Shown here: piece by piece, positions 1-12,318 of the stretch
How the letters are laid out: the number at the start of each line of letters is the position of its first letter
Numbering within the stretch: position 1 is the stretch's first letter
Origin: Anthoceros angustus
Lineage: Eukaryota > Plantae > Anthocerotophyta
Assembly: GCA_010909165.1 (NCBI GenBank)
Contig: MU008155.1
Coordinates: forward strand, 1,798,001-1,862,000
Length of the DNA stretch: 64,000 nucleotides
Reading direction: 5' to 3'
Program-made: the position numbers and the translations under genes
Notes under the pieces: model-generated
Told to the model about the DNA's origin: nothing
The model's database searches: none
The model's input: the letters and a program-made list of their open reading frames with translations, nothing else

Positions 1-900
1 TTACTATTCTCCGGCCTGTTCGTGCCCGCATCTGCTCTTGCTCAGGGAAGGGAACATGCTCCTGGCTTCTATCTCAGCCTTGCATCCAAGAGTTCCAAAT
101 CGCACCGCTTTTTCTCGTGATGAGGTTACGGGTTTGGTCCCGCTTTGGCTTCTCTCTCAACTCAGCGTGGGGCCCCTCGACGACTCAGGGTCCCACCTGG
201 CTCGCTATCCAATTGTAGGGCGACGTATCACTATGCATGACGTCGTTCGCAATGTCATGATCTGGATGGCCAAGGAGAGTGGTTATTTTCCATACAAAGA
301 GCATCCATATATCCTACGCAATGAGGTGTCGCTGAGGGCGGATTTATTTCTGATCCGGGGGGACCAAATCTCTGTTGCGGATGTCGTCGTAACGGACCCT
401 ACCCGAAACTCCATTTGTGAGCATGTCATTATCAACCCTCCAAGCTGGGCGGTGGGGGGATGCGCGATTGCCAAGGTACACAAGTACACACCTTTGCAGG
501 ACAGCCACGCCTTCTTCCTCCTCGTCATTGAGACTCACGGGGCTATAGGCAAGGATTTTTTCCGACTCATTAAGGATTGTGCTCAAGCCTACCACAGTCG
601 TCGGGACGTAGTGGGTCTCCCTCTTTCCTCGGTGGTGGCTTTCTTTCGACAGCGGGTATCCATCGCCCTGCAGAGGGCGCTAGCCAACGCTATAACAGGA
701 CGGCAATGAGCGCAGGAGACGTGGCATCGTCGGCACCAGTTGTAGGTAGGCCTTTCCTCATTTCGGACCACAACATAATCGGAGTAATAGGTAGCTGCGG
801 GGTTGGCATTCATGGGGGCTAGCCCCATGGCTCTTGGCCCTTTAGTGGGTTGCCCCCCCTGGGGTAGATGGGTTTTCCCATCTTTTCTTTTTAATAAAGC
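1..900 (+). mobile_element. 3' portion of a non-LTR retrotransposon with restriction-like endonuclease (RLE; CRE-clade-like), 5' end outside the window
   Basis: ORF 38-709 has the RLE C-terminal layout: degenerate CCHC region (GPLDDSGSHLARY), HDVVRN, RADL..D...VADVVVTDP, K..KY, F..V.ETHG, and terminal FFRQRVSIALQR. It is followed by a 3' UTR with hairpin AGATGGG-tttt-CCCATCT (866-883) and AATAAA (893-898). Confidence 0.8.
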
Positions 901-1478
901 CTCCATTGAACCAAAGGTGTATGTGAGTCTGTGAAAGTTGTATTGTCACAATACATAGACATGTGATATAACAAGAGTGGGAATCATAGGTCCACTTTGG
1001 AGTTGAAACTACCATTGTGTTGGTTATGTTATGTAGTAATTTAAAATTTTTATCAAGATAAATGTTTGATAATTTGCATACTTCTGTATACTTATTAGAA
1101 GGAGATCTACCCATGCATCTAAATGGCATGCTAACAACTACAGGCTCCTTCCAAACATCCTCCATTTATGGATTTTGACCGAGACTCATCCATGTAGAGA
1201 AACTTTAAACCAAGTTGCTAGGAAGAGTTGGGAGGCATGAGACAATTAAATGACCTATGAGCATCCCATGGTGAATTTATTTCATCTTCATGTATTCAAG
1301 AAAGTATTTTGCATGAAATCACATAAAGACAAGTCTTCTAAAAGAAAATATTATTTTACTAGAAATTAATAAAAATAAATTACCTGTTTTAGACCTATTA
1401 TATATCTTAATATATTAGATTATATATAATATTTGGTAAATAATATATTATCGTAAAAATATCTAATATGAGCCTTAG

Positions 1479-2068
1479 AGTAACGGCACTGGTGAAACAA
1501 GGTAGAAAGGTGAAAAGTTGAAAAAGGTAAAAAGCTAAGTTAGTAGCTGCCTAAGAAGATGCATGTGTTGCATGCTTCATGCAATCTCTTGTTAGAGAGG
1601 AATTGCTACAGCCACAAATGAAGAGCTGCCTAGAGAGGACTCTTAGTGATTAGTGGTCCGTAAGAATCCCTAGATTTAACATGCCTAGTTAAGGTCAGAT
1701 GGATATATAAGGGCTAGAGCAAGGGCTTTGAGGAACAAGTTACAAGTGGGACTCACTCTTGAGAGAGCAGAGGCGCTGCAAGCCTTGTGTTGAGAGAGCT
1801 GTGGAGAGCTAGCTAGTGAGCTTGTCATGGAATCAAGGGCGAGCTTGAGATAGCCGATTCCATCGTTGTATTCTTGTAATAAAGAGCAAGACCTCGAGGA
1901 GGTGGCTGCGAGTCGTCGATGACGGCGGGCTACTTGGAGCCTAGTCCGTGTTGTGAGGTTGAGAGCGTTGAGAATCGTGCAAGTCTCTTGTGGAGTGAAT
2001 TGGCGAGGTCCTAGACAGGGAAGCCAAGACTTGACGCTTCTCATCGGGCAGCAGTGAGGGGTGTTACT
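1479..2068 (+). repeat. 5' LTR (590 bp)
   Basis: Starts AGTAACGGCAC, ends GTGTTACT (6-bp terminal inverted repeat AGTAAC/GTTACT); aligns by eye with 6566-7149. Confidence 0.9.
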
Positions 2069-2080
2069 TGAGTATCGAGC
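2069..2080 (+). promoter_or_regulatory. Primer-binding site, tRNA-Met(i)-like, degenerate
   Basis: TGAGTATCGAGC immediately after the 5' LTR, versus the canonical TGGTATCAGAGC. Confidence 0.7.
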
Positions 2081-2117
2081 GTAGTCCATTCCTCCGAGTG
2101 ACTAGAGAGTGCACAAG

Positions 2118-5100
2118 ATGGTCAATGAGAAGCGTAAGGAGAGGTCAAGAAGCGAGCCTCCGCCGATCATCCGCCTCAACCGCCTCAAGATTCATCATCA
2201 CGAACAAGAGGAAGTGAGAGCGCTGAGACAAGCAGCCCATCGAGAGAAGTCGAGGACTGAAGAACGGATGGTGGAAGTACTTTATCAAGTTCTTCCGTGT
2301 CTTGACGATGTAATGACTTCAAGGAAGAAGACAAAGGTAATCCAGAGCCCATCAACAAGGCGAAGATGCGAAGAACAACAAGAAATCTTCCGCAAAAGCA
2401 TCTTCAAAGTGGCTAAATCGAGCATGAAGCTAGCCCTACCAGATAAGTATGAGGGAGAAAGAGATCTGCAAGTCATTGATTCTTGGATCTATTCTATTGA
2501 GACTTATCTCGCCTCATCTGGTGTTGAGCCGGAGTACTACTTAGGTACTGTTGGTAATTTCTTAAAGGGCTATGCTTTGGTCTGGTGGCGAAGTTATGGT
2601 GCTAATGTTGCCCAGGGTAACCGAGCACATACCATCACAGACTGGGCATCCTTCAAAGAAGCCCTCAAGAAGCGCCAACTGCGAATGCTTCGCCTCAGAT
2701 GACTTGACAATATCAAGCAAACAGTAATCGACGAGATTATGTAAGTACCTTGAAGTCATGCACCGCACTACCATGAGTGAAGATGACAAACCGCATCGCT
2801 TCATGGTGGTTTGAAGGATTGGGCCAATGTAATTGAGTTGCATAGTCCAACTACATTGGCAGAGGCCATTACAGCAGCAGATGCCATCCGATACTTTCCA
2901 TTCTAGTACATCCAACTCCTCCAAGATTTCGAGGCGTGCAGTGGTGGTATGCCCACTAGAGGAAGCTCTAGTAGTGCCAGAGGAGCTAAGGACATCGGCG
3001 GAAATGGAATTGCAAGAGGCAATTCAAGAGGAAATTTCCGGAAGAAATCGAGGAGCGCAGAGGTCATGAGCTCGAGAACAGATGGGTTCTCGAAAAGGAG
3101 TATGCTACTCATGTGGAGAGCCGGACATTATGCAAATGAATGCCCGAATGTGAACAAAGACTCTCAACGTAGCGAAGGAGATCCATGACCAAGACTCGTG
3201 GATTACAAGTGGCGGATCCGAGGATCCCAAGTGACGGATCGGCCACATGTTGCGGCGGCGCATGTGGTGAGTCTCAGTGCCGAGGACAGACTATTCGGAG
3301 GGCGGGTGGAGAGCTCATGTACATACATGGATGTATAAATGGAGCGAGCGAGGATGTTGCTTGACTTAGCAAACACATAATTTCATTTCTCCTAGCAAGG
3401 CAAGCAAGCTTGGTTTGACATGGGCTAGTACATCCGAGCCATGTAGAGTGAAACAAGCTAAAGGAATGCCGCAACACAAAGGTGAATTGCAAGAAGTGCT
3501 GCAGATAGGGAATTGGAATGGAGCGTGAGCTTCATTGTAGATATGGATGATCATGAAATCATCTTGGGCTTAGAATGGATGAAGGCCAACAAGGTATGTG
3601 TGAACGTGGACTCACGCACCATACAGATCTTAGGAGATGAAGAGCACAAAGTGAGTTGTGCAGTTCTCAAGCAGAGGCTTGGAGACAACATTAATGATAT
3701 CATCTCTAAGAAAGAGCTCAAATGTTGTGTAAAGGATGGAGAGGAACTCTTTTTACTTGTGCTGCAAGGACTAGAAGATGGTCTTGAGATGGAGTCTCGG
3801 GGGCCAAGATTCCAAGGAAGTGCAGTGCCTTGAATGAGTTCAAGGACTTGATGCCCGATGAGTTGCCTCCTTTACCTCCTAGAAGAATTGTAGATCATGA
3901 GATTGATCTCAAGCCGGAAGTACACCGCCTTCAAGAGCGCCATATAGATTATCGCAGGATGAGCTACAAGAGTCAAGAGATGATGTCTAACCTAGCTAAG
4001 GGCTATGTGAGAATCTCAAAGTCCCCATTTGCGCGCCGTTGTTCACGCAAGAAGAATGGAGGATTGAGATTATGCTTGGATTACGAGCACTCAATCGATA
4101 ATGTTGAAGAATTCTTATCCTTTGCCAAGGATGGATGACTTGTTTGATGATTGAGAGGTGCTAAGTATTTCACCAAGTCGGATCTAATGGCGCTATTACC
4201 GATTCGCATCGCAGAAGGACATGAATACAAGACCGCTTGTAGAACAAGGTATGGATCTTTTGAGTTCCTTGTCATGCCATTTGGACTCACTAATGCACCG
4301 CTTGCTTTAGACTCTCATGAATACTATATTCGAGATCCGTTGGATGAGTGTGTTGTGATATACTTGGATGACATCATGATATACGCCTACCTTGAAGAGC
4401 ATGTCCAACACTTGAGGAAAGTGTTAGAAAGGTTAAGAGCAAATTCTTTGTTCTTAGCTATAACAAAGTGTGACTTTGTTAAGGAAGAGATAGACTTCCT
4501 AGGATTCATTGTCTCTGCGGATGGTATCGGGATGGATCCCGATAAGGTAAAGGTTATACAGAGTTGGCTGCCAACGAATGTGCACGAGGTGCGTATGTTT
4601 TGGGATTGGCTAGCGTGTAAGATTTGTACCGATGTTTGCCAAGATTGCGCCCATTAATCGATCTCTTGAAGAAGGCGAAGGCTTGGAAGTGGGATGATGA
4701 ATGTCGAGGGCATTCGAGTTTGTTGAAACTCAAGACTACCCCAGATTGGCAATCTATGATCCAAAGAAGGATATAGAAGTATATACCGATGCGCGATATT
4801 GCAATGGAGTGCTCATGCAAGAAGGTAGGCCGTGGCTTACGAATCAAGGAAGTTGCATGAACATGAAAGGAAGTACCCACTTATGAAAAGGAGATGATCA
4901 TGCCATCAATTGTCTCAAGATTTGGAGACATTATCTTCTAGGAAGATCTTTTGTGCCGCATATGCATAATGTAAGCACGAGCTTCTTTACAAATCAGCGA
5001 CTAAGCGCAAGACAAAGCTAGATGGCAAGATTTCCTAGCAATGTATGATGTGTCTATCAAGTACAAGCCGGAAGGAGAATCTCGTGGCGATGCTTTGAGT

Positions 5101-6540
5101 CGCAAGCGAGTTTAAGTTTGATAACCGCTTACGTCAAGAGGCCTAAGCTAGCCGCACGATGGTGATTGAGCCAAGGACACTCACACGCATCAAGGAAGCT
5201 TATCTGCGAGATCCATTAGCATGTGATTGGATCAATGAAGTGGAGCAACCGGATCTAAGTTTAAGCTTAGAAATGGCTTGTTGATGTTCAAGCAAAACAG
5301 ATTGTGATTCCCGATTCTCATGTGTTGAGAAGGAAGTTGCTTGCAGAGTGTCATGATGTGCCAAGTGCAGTCATAGAGGAATTGACCCAACTTATGAGAA
5401 GTTGAGAAAGGCATCGGCTGGAATGTACAAGCATACCGTTGAGTATGTTAAGTCTTGTGTAGACCGAGGATAAGGTGGAGCATAACCGCGAGGTTTGTTG
5501 CAACCGCCTATTCCAAGTGGGCCTTGGAAAAGTATATCAATGGATTTCATTATGCCATTGCCACCAAGAATGGACACACACTATCATGATGGTTGATAGA
5601 TTCAAGAAAGCACACTTCATCCCTACAAGAAGCGAGTGAAAGCTCAAGTTGCTCGCTTGTTCAAGAAGCATGTATATGTGTTACATGGACCGCCTATGCA
5701 TTGTGAGTGACAGAGATCCCAGATCGCAGAGTTTTGGCAACATTATGAAGAGCTTAGGAGTGCAATTATGTATGAGCACGTACACCCCGATACATATGGA
5801 TCAACAGAGGGTGAAGAATCCAAGAAGAATACTTACGACACTATGTATGATGGACCGAGATCGGAGTAATCATCTTGAGGATGCAATTTTGTTATAATAA
5901 CATGCATAGCTCCACAGTGCTACACACCTTTCGATGACAGTAACGAAGCAATGGACGTAGTTTCCATGTTGAATGCTAGCGTGTTGAGACAAAGCAGAAG
6001 AGAACCACGTGAATTCATTGAGCGCTTAAGGGCCGCATGAAGTTGCTAAGAAGATATTGGCCAAGGCTCAGGACAGGAAAAAAAGTTTGCTGACAGGCAC
6101 AGGCAAGAGGCAGAGTTTCAAGTAGGAGACAAGGTGTGGGTGAAATTGAAGAATTTCCCACTACCACATGGGCTGACCTCAAAGTTAAGGCCTAAGTATA
6201 GAGGGCCTTTCGTAGTTCTGAAGCGCATTGAAAATGTGGCTTACAAACTACAGCTGCCTGAATGGATCTTCTCTCATAATGTGTTTCATGTCTCTTTGCT
6301 GAAACCATTTGTGATTTCGAAGAGAATGAAGATATGAACAGAAGGATTATGTCATCCCGGTTCAACACAATCATGGTCATGGGAGATTGTTGAATTCGGC
6401 AGAGAGAAGTGCCACCGTCTGGTGGTAATGTACCGCAGTATCCGTAAGGCTTCGTGGTTATGCAGATCCCGTCTGGTTTCACTTGAAGATGTGCAACAAG
6501 GATCATGGATGATCTCGCGTTACAATCGGAGGTCATTGAG
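2118..6540 (+). pseudogene. gag-pol polyprotein broken by many small indels
   Basis: Gag (LPDKYEGERD...WWRSY...DWASFKEAL); CCHC knuckle remnant near 3100-3145 (GHYANECP); protease remnant; RT (KTACRTRYGSFEFLVMPFGLTNAP, IYLDDIMI); RNase H (IEVYTDA); integrase (GPWKSISMDFI; LRPKYRGPF...AYKLQLP...HNVFHVSLLKPF); chromodomain-like remnant near 6370-6530. Confidence 0.9.
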
Positions 6541-6557
6541 GACAATGACATCTTCCT

Positions 6558-6565
6558 GGGGAGAG
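6558..6565 (+). promoter_or_regulatory. Polypurine tract
   Basis: GGGGAGAG directly before the 3' LTR start AGTAAC. Confidence 0.7.
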
Positions 6566-7149
6566 AGTAACGCACCGGTGAAACAAGGTAGAAAGGTGAA
6601 AAGTTGAAAAGGTAAAAGCTAAGTTAGTAGCCTAAGAAGATGCATGTGTTGCATGCTTCATGCAATCTCTTGTTAGAGAGGAATTGCTACCACAAATGAA
6701 GAGCCGCCTAGAGAGGACTCTTAGTGATTAGTGGTCCGTAAGAATCCCTAGATTTAATGCCTAGTTAAGGTCAGTCATATATAAGGGCTAGAGCAAGGGC
6801 TTTGAGGAACAAGTTACAAGTGGGACTCACTCTTTGAGAGAGCAGCAAAAGCGCTGCAAGCCTTGTGTTGAGAGAGAGTGGAGAGCTAGCTAGTGAGCTT
6901 GTCATGGAATCAAGGGCGTTGGGCGAGATAGCCGATTCCATCGTTGTATTCTTGTAATAAAGAGCAGCACCGAGGAGGTGGCCCGCGAGTCGTCGGGACG
7001 GGCGGCTACTTGGAGCCTAGGCCGTGTTGTGAGGTTGAGAGCACCGAGAATCGTGCAAGTCTCTTGTGGAGTGAATTGGCGAGGTCCTAGACCGCTGGGA
7101 AGCCAGCACTTGTCGCTTCCTTACTGGCTGCGCAGTGAGGGGTGTTAGT
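6566..7149 (+). repeat. 3' LTR (584 bp)
   Basis: Starts AGTAACGCACC, ends GTGTTAGT, followed by TSD CTTAG. Confidence 0.9.
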
Positions 7150-7912
7150 CTTAGTATAATATTAAAACCTTAAAGATAAATGCTTAGGTAATATTTTCCG
7201 AAGTGTTATTATGTGAGTCCAATATTACTATTTGCTTGGTGATTGTTGTGTGGTCCCAGGCCCATGCAGGGCACGCTTTACCTGTTACGCCAGAGCGATC
7301 GTGCCACCATGTCCCTGGATCCGTATGTAATTAAGGCGAAACTGGCGGAATCATGTGATGGTGGCGGCCGCACTAGAATGGCAAGTAACGAACAAGACGT
7401 CGTCAAAGGAGAGTGAGTGGCCATGGCGCGTCCTTGGCCTTCAAAACGTGGGCTTCGCATTGCACGCAGCCAGTCCAAAGCGGCGTCCGAGTCCCAGACA
7501 CCCAGTCTGAGTGTAGTCCCCCGGTCCGACCTTGCCGTCGGCCGTGGAAACCGTGGCCTCGATTGGTTCTGTGTGCGCATATCCCTCCCGCCAGCTGAGG
7601 AAGCAGCAGTATATGAGCGCATCTGGCTGTCCAGCCTCCATCACCAAGCCACTTCGGCTCGACTCTGCCGGCTCCATACGCGCCGGATTCTCAGGGTTTC
7701 AGGGAGGCGAGTTGCTGCCAACCCGCTTCCTTGAGTTGAGGTGAAGGGCGGCGGCGCTTTCTGGACCACTTGTTTCTGGAAGAGCATACGGTTGCCCCAG
7801 TTCGAAGTGTTAAGGCGCCTCGGGATCCAGCGTGTGCCTGTCCCATCGCCTCCTTCTGGAAGGACTTGGGGTTGCGGGCTTCTTCTGTGTCGCTTGTGCA
7901 GGGAGTGCGGCA

Positions 7913-9694
7913 ATGGCGGCACTTAACGGGCACGCCAACGGGCGCAGCACTGAACTCGGAGGTGATTTCACGTACGCGGAGCTGGAGCGGGAGCCTTACT
8001 GGCCTGAGGCTAAGCTGCGGATCGCCGTCACCGGGGCCGGAGGGTTCATCGCCTCGCATCTGGCTCGGAGGCTGAAGCAGGAGGGGCACTACATTGTGGC
8101 GGCGGATTGGAAGCCCAATGAGCACATGACGGAGGATATGTTCTGCGACGAGTTCCACCTGGTGGATCTGCGGGTCATGGACAACTGCCTCAAGATCACC
8201 AAGGGCGTGGACCATGTTTTCAATCTGGCGGCTGACATGGGTGGGATGGGATTCATTCAGTCCAACCACGCGGTTATCATGTACAATAATTTTATGATCT
8301 CCCTCAGCGTTCTGGAGGCTGCTCGGATCAACGGGGTGAAGAGGTTGGTGATCCCCCTTCCGCTCTGTGCGTGGGCAGATTTTGTCTTTCGTTCTGAAGC
8401 CGGATCAGGCAGTAGGAGGGATGCGGTTTTGCAGATTGGGGGTTTTAGTCTCTCATGTACGGTGGCCGGGGAAGCACGCAGGCCCGCAATGGTTACAGTT
8501 TTGGGATGGATGGATCGGGGGGTGGCTGAAGTCTGTTCTGACAATGGAAGCTGTGTGGGTGCCCAACAGGTTCTTTTATGCTTCGAGTGCGTGCATCTAC
8601 CCTGAGTTCAAGCAGTTGGAGACCAATGTCAGTCTGAAGGAGTCTGATGCCTGGCCAGCCGAGGTATGCCCCCAGGGCTTGCTCTGGAACATTTGTGCCT
8701 GGCATTCATTATTCAAGTATCACTCACTTGTAGTTTCCGGTTTTCACCCGGTTTTCTCTTGTCATGAAGCCCCAAGATGCGTACGGACTCGAGAAGCTGT
8801 CGACAGAGGAGATCTGCAAGCACTATACCAAGGACTTTGGAATCGAGTGCAGAATTGGCCGGTTCCACAACATCTACGGCCCATTTGGCACCTGGAAGGG
8901 TGAGCACTTCACATCACCACCTCCCCTCGTGGCCAGAAGACATGGTATTTATGGTTTCCGTGAGTTTGCTGAACCTTTGTGGATCGACTTGCAGGTGGAC
9001 GAGAGAAGGCCCCTGCTGCTTTCTGCAGGAAAGCTATCACATCCACCGAGAGATTTGAGATGTGGGGTGATGGTAAGCAGACCCGGTCCTTCACTTTCAT
9101 TGACGAGTGTGTGGAGGGGGTGTTGAGGTTGGTCTCTCTCAGCCATTGAATTTTTTAATACAACACGGAAGCAGTGTTGTGGAGGGTTTATAACAGCTTC
9201 TATGGTGCTGTTTCAGGTTGACAAAGTCGGATTTCAGAGAACCTCTGAACATTGGGAGCGACGAGATGGTGTCCATGAACGAGATGGCTGAAATCGTGTT
9301 GAGCTTCGACTCGAAAAAGATTCCAATCCACCACATTCCTGGTCCTGAGGGAGTCAGGGGCCGCAACTCTGACAACACCCTAATCAAGGAGAAGTTGGGC
9401 TGGGCCCCGACAATGAAGTTGAAGGTGGGCCATATTTCACTCCCTTTGACGAGGACCCGACGGGATATCATAGTTGAAGGAGAGAGCAACAGCTTTGCCC
9501 GTTATTCTGACACTTTTTTTAATTTGCAGGATGGTCTGCGAATAACTTATGCCTGGATCAAGCAGCAGCTTGATAAGGAGAGCAGCGAAGGATCTGATTT
9601 AAGTGCCAAATATGCGTCTTCCAAGATTGTGAGCACTCAAGCTCCCGTGCAGCTTGGCTCCCTCAGAGCTGCTGATGGGAAGGAAGGATTATAA
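7913..9694 (+). CDS. GME: GDP-mannose 3',5'-epimerase, copy 1; 6 exons (7913-8343, 8570-8663, 8770-8899, 8995-9127, 9217-9424, 9530-9694)
   Basis: TGAGGFIASH Rossmann motif, FNLAADMGGMGFIQSNH, FFYASSACIYPE (catalytic Cys), AYGLEK (YxxxK), GGREKAPAAFCRK, EPLNIGSDEMVSMN, QAPVQLGSLRAADGKE; all introns GT-AG and phase-consistent. Confidence 0.97.
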
Positions 9695-10552
9695 AGAAAG
9701 CCGCCCAAGCAGCTGGTCTTGAACTCCTCAACTGGCTGATGAAGCCAGACCGGAGACAGATTGACTGACTGCCCAGCCTACTGCCATGGTATCTTTGTGG
9801 TAGCTACCGCGCCCTCGGAGACGATTCGCTCCAGAACTGGAGGAGACCGGCAGCTGTGTTTTTTGCAGTCCCGGCCTCAGAGTATTTATTGCTGTAATTA
9901 TCTATTTGCCTTTATGGCTGTGAAGTCACAGACTATCTTTCTGGTAGGTGCCCCAGTATTTTCTCGTTAAATTAACTATGGAGGCATTGACTGCAGAGGT
10001 GAGAGCAGGTGTGTATTGCGGTCCCTGAGCAGGCTAGACAAATGCCGATAATAAGCGTCCTCTCGTACGAACGGACAAGTTAGATATTAGATAGCCAATG
10101 TTTTAAATGCGTTGTGCATTTTGGTTTCTACATAGTTTTGGACTGCAAAGTTGAAGAGGCTGAGAAGTGCAAGCCTCTTACCGGATCAATTTATTACAAA
10201 TGAAAGACCGATAAGATACAGTGAAGGATTGATGTTTACAATCACAGACACAGTGACAATGCTTGCAAATAACCATTTCGTGCGAGGGCATTCCTGAACA
10301 GCAAACATGGTACTAGCATGATAGTAAACCAGGTGGCTGCCATACTCCGTTCTCCTAGTTCCTATCAATCTACAGCACGATCTGCAACACACTGTTGTTG
10401 TTCTTACAAACCCAGCCAAATCGGTAAGAATAGACGCCCCCCAGCAGAAGGGATTTTCATCCACCCTAAAAGGTGCACATGAAGAATGAGGGAGAGTCGG
10501 GAACCTGGAAGAGGAGAGAGGCACACCGGCCCTGGTCCTGGTACCTGGTGCT

Positions 10553-11481
10553 TTACTCAGACGAAGGGAAGGCATCCTTGACTGCAGAAGCGGCAGTGAG
10601 GTAACTGAGAGTATTCCTGAGCGTTTCCTTTTCCCGTTGGAGACGCACAACAGTGTCCTCCAGCTCCAGGAGGGCCTGCTGCTCTGCCGGTGCTCCCTCA
10701 AAGGTGCTGCCCACCCAGAACGAAAACGGTGTTGGAAACAGCTTCTTCCTCAAGTCCTCCGGAGCCTCCTTATCGGACTTCCCGTTGAGCCGGTTAGAGA
10801 GTCGGATGACCTCCTTCATATACGTCTCCACCTCGTTGGCCAGGGCCTCCACATCCTCCTGCTCGTCCGAGGACGGCCTGTCCTCCAGCCACTCCACCTG
10901 CGCCACCAAGTACGGCTTGCTCCTCACAAAATTCACGATCCTGAAGCGCTCCTGGCCCTTACAGATCATAAAGAAGCGGTCATCCACCAGCCTCTCGTGC
11001 TTGATGACCTCGCCCACGCAGCCCACGGTGGCCCTGTTGGAAATTGGGTCCGTGTACACCACCCCGAAGCGCAGGTCTGTCTCAATCAGGGTCTGCATCA
11101 GAATGCGGTACCTGAACTCGAAGATGTGCAGCGGGAGAATGGCCCCCGGGAAGAGCACCAGCGGGAGCGGGAAGAGCGGCAGCTCCGCCAGCCTGCTGGA
11201 TTCCCGCTTGTCCGCCTGCGTCTCCTCCGACGCGGTGCAGCGCAGGGGTGGGCGGTGCCCATGCCCCTCCTTTTGCCGGAATCTATGGCGGGCGTGGGGC
11301 TGGGGCGACAGCACCTGCGTGTCCACGCCCCCCCACCAGCACTCCCCTGCCCTGGCTTCGCCATCCCCACCCAGCATCGCACCGGGTCGCAGCTGCACCG
11401 CACCGGGTCGCAGCTCAGGGAGCCCTGGCTGGACGCCAGAGACAGCAGGGAGGAGCCAGAGAGCTGGCACGAAGCCACCAT
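10553..11481 (-). CDS. Lon protease substrate-binding (LON N-terminal) domain protein, probably plastid-targeted; N-terminus uncertain
   Basis: ELPLFPLPLVLFPGAILPLHIFEFRYRILMQTLIETDLRFGVV...VGCVGEV...GQERFRI...PYLVAQVEWLED; single long ORF 10553-11506. The Ser-rich ATG start at 11481 is in a different frame, and the first in-frame ATG is at 11377. Confidence 0.85.
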
Positions 11482-12318
11482 CTTCCCGCCTCTTGTGCTG
11501 TGCCAAAAGAGACGCCAGGAACGGAAGCCTGCCGAGTCAGCAGAATGCAGCGCTCCCCGTGAAAGCTTCCATGTCGGGGGTTTCCGCGTACGCAGCCATG
11601 CGGACAGGATACTGGCCGGCCCGCCCCAACTGCGTGCCCGGCTCGTCTGGCTTCACCTAAACTACATGCACTACCGGGTGTGGCAGTGGAATCGAGCTTC
11701 GTCGTCACGGCCCGCTTTCAGGCAGCCATAGCCACATACCCACCACGCTGCACCTGCGGCTGCCTGGCTTATGTCAAAGCTCTACAGGCCCCACCTACCT
11801 ATTTCCTCCGCGTGGGTCAGGCCGCACCTTTGGTTACACATAGACAGACAGACGGGGGCCACTTTTCAAATATCGAAACTTAACTCGGGCTCGGGGGGAC
11901 ACAGGTAGATAGGTCTGGACTGGACTAGGACTTGTCCAGACTCTTTCTTCATATCCACCCACTTTTTCTACCCTCACAAACATGTCATTCATAACGCAAT
12001 GCACGAAGAACCAAGATTTTCAGGTCTCCGTAGGTAGACTAGAACGTGCCATCTAATTATTCCCTCCGTCAAAACAGGGACAGCCAGATTACAATGAAAA
12101 TAGGCACGGCCATCTTACATTTGAGATAGAAGACTTAAAGGGTAGGTAGGTAGCCACCTCCCAACAACGGAGACCATTATCCTCGAGGACCTCCTAAACA
12201 CGGGCTGAACTCTCTGCAGCTAGCTTGACTCTAGCTGCCTTCAAAATTAGAATCATCAAAAATAACTTCATAACTCCTTTCCTGCCAGGCCCCTGGCCTG
12301 GCCGAGATCCGGACTGCC

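Larger units (their letters stand above)
1479..7149 (+). mobile_element. Full-length Ty3/gypsy LTR retrotransposon, chromovirus-type, frameshifted
   Basis: Two similar LTRs; 5-bp target-site duplication CTTAG at 1474-1478 and 7150-7154; PBS, PPT; domain order gag-PR-RT-RH-IN-chromo-like. Confidence 0.95.
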
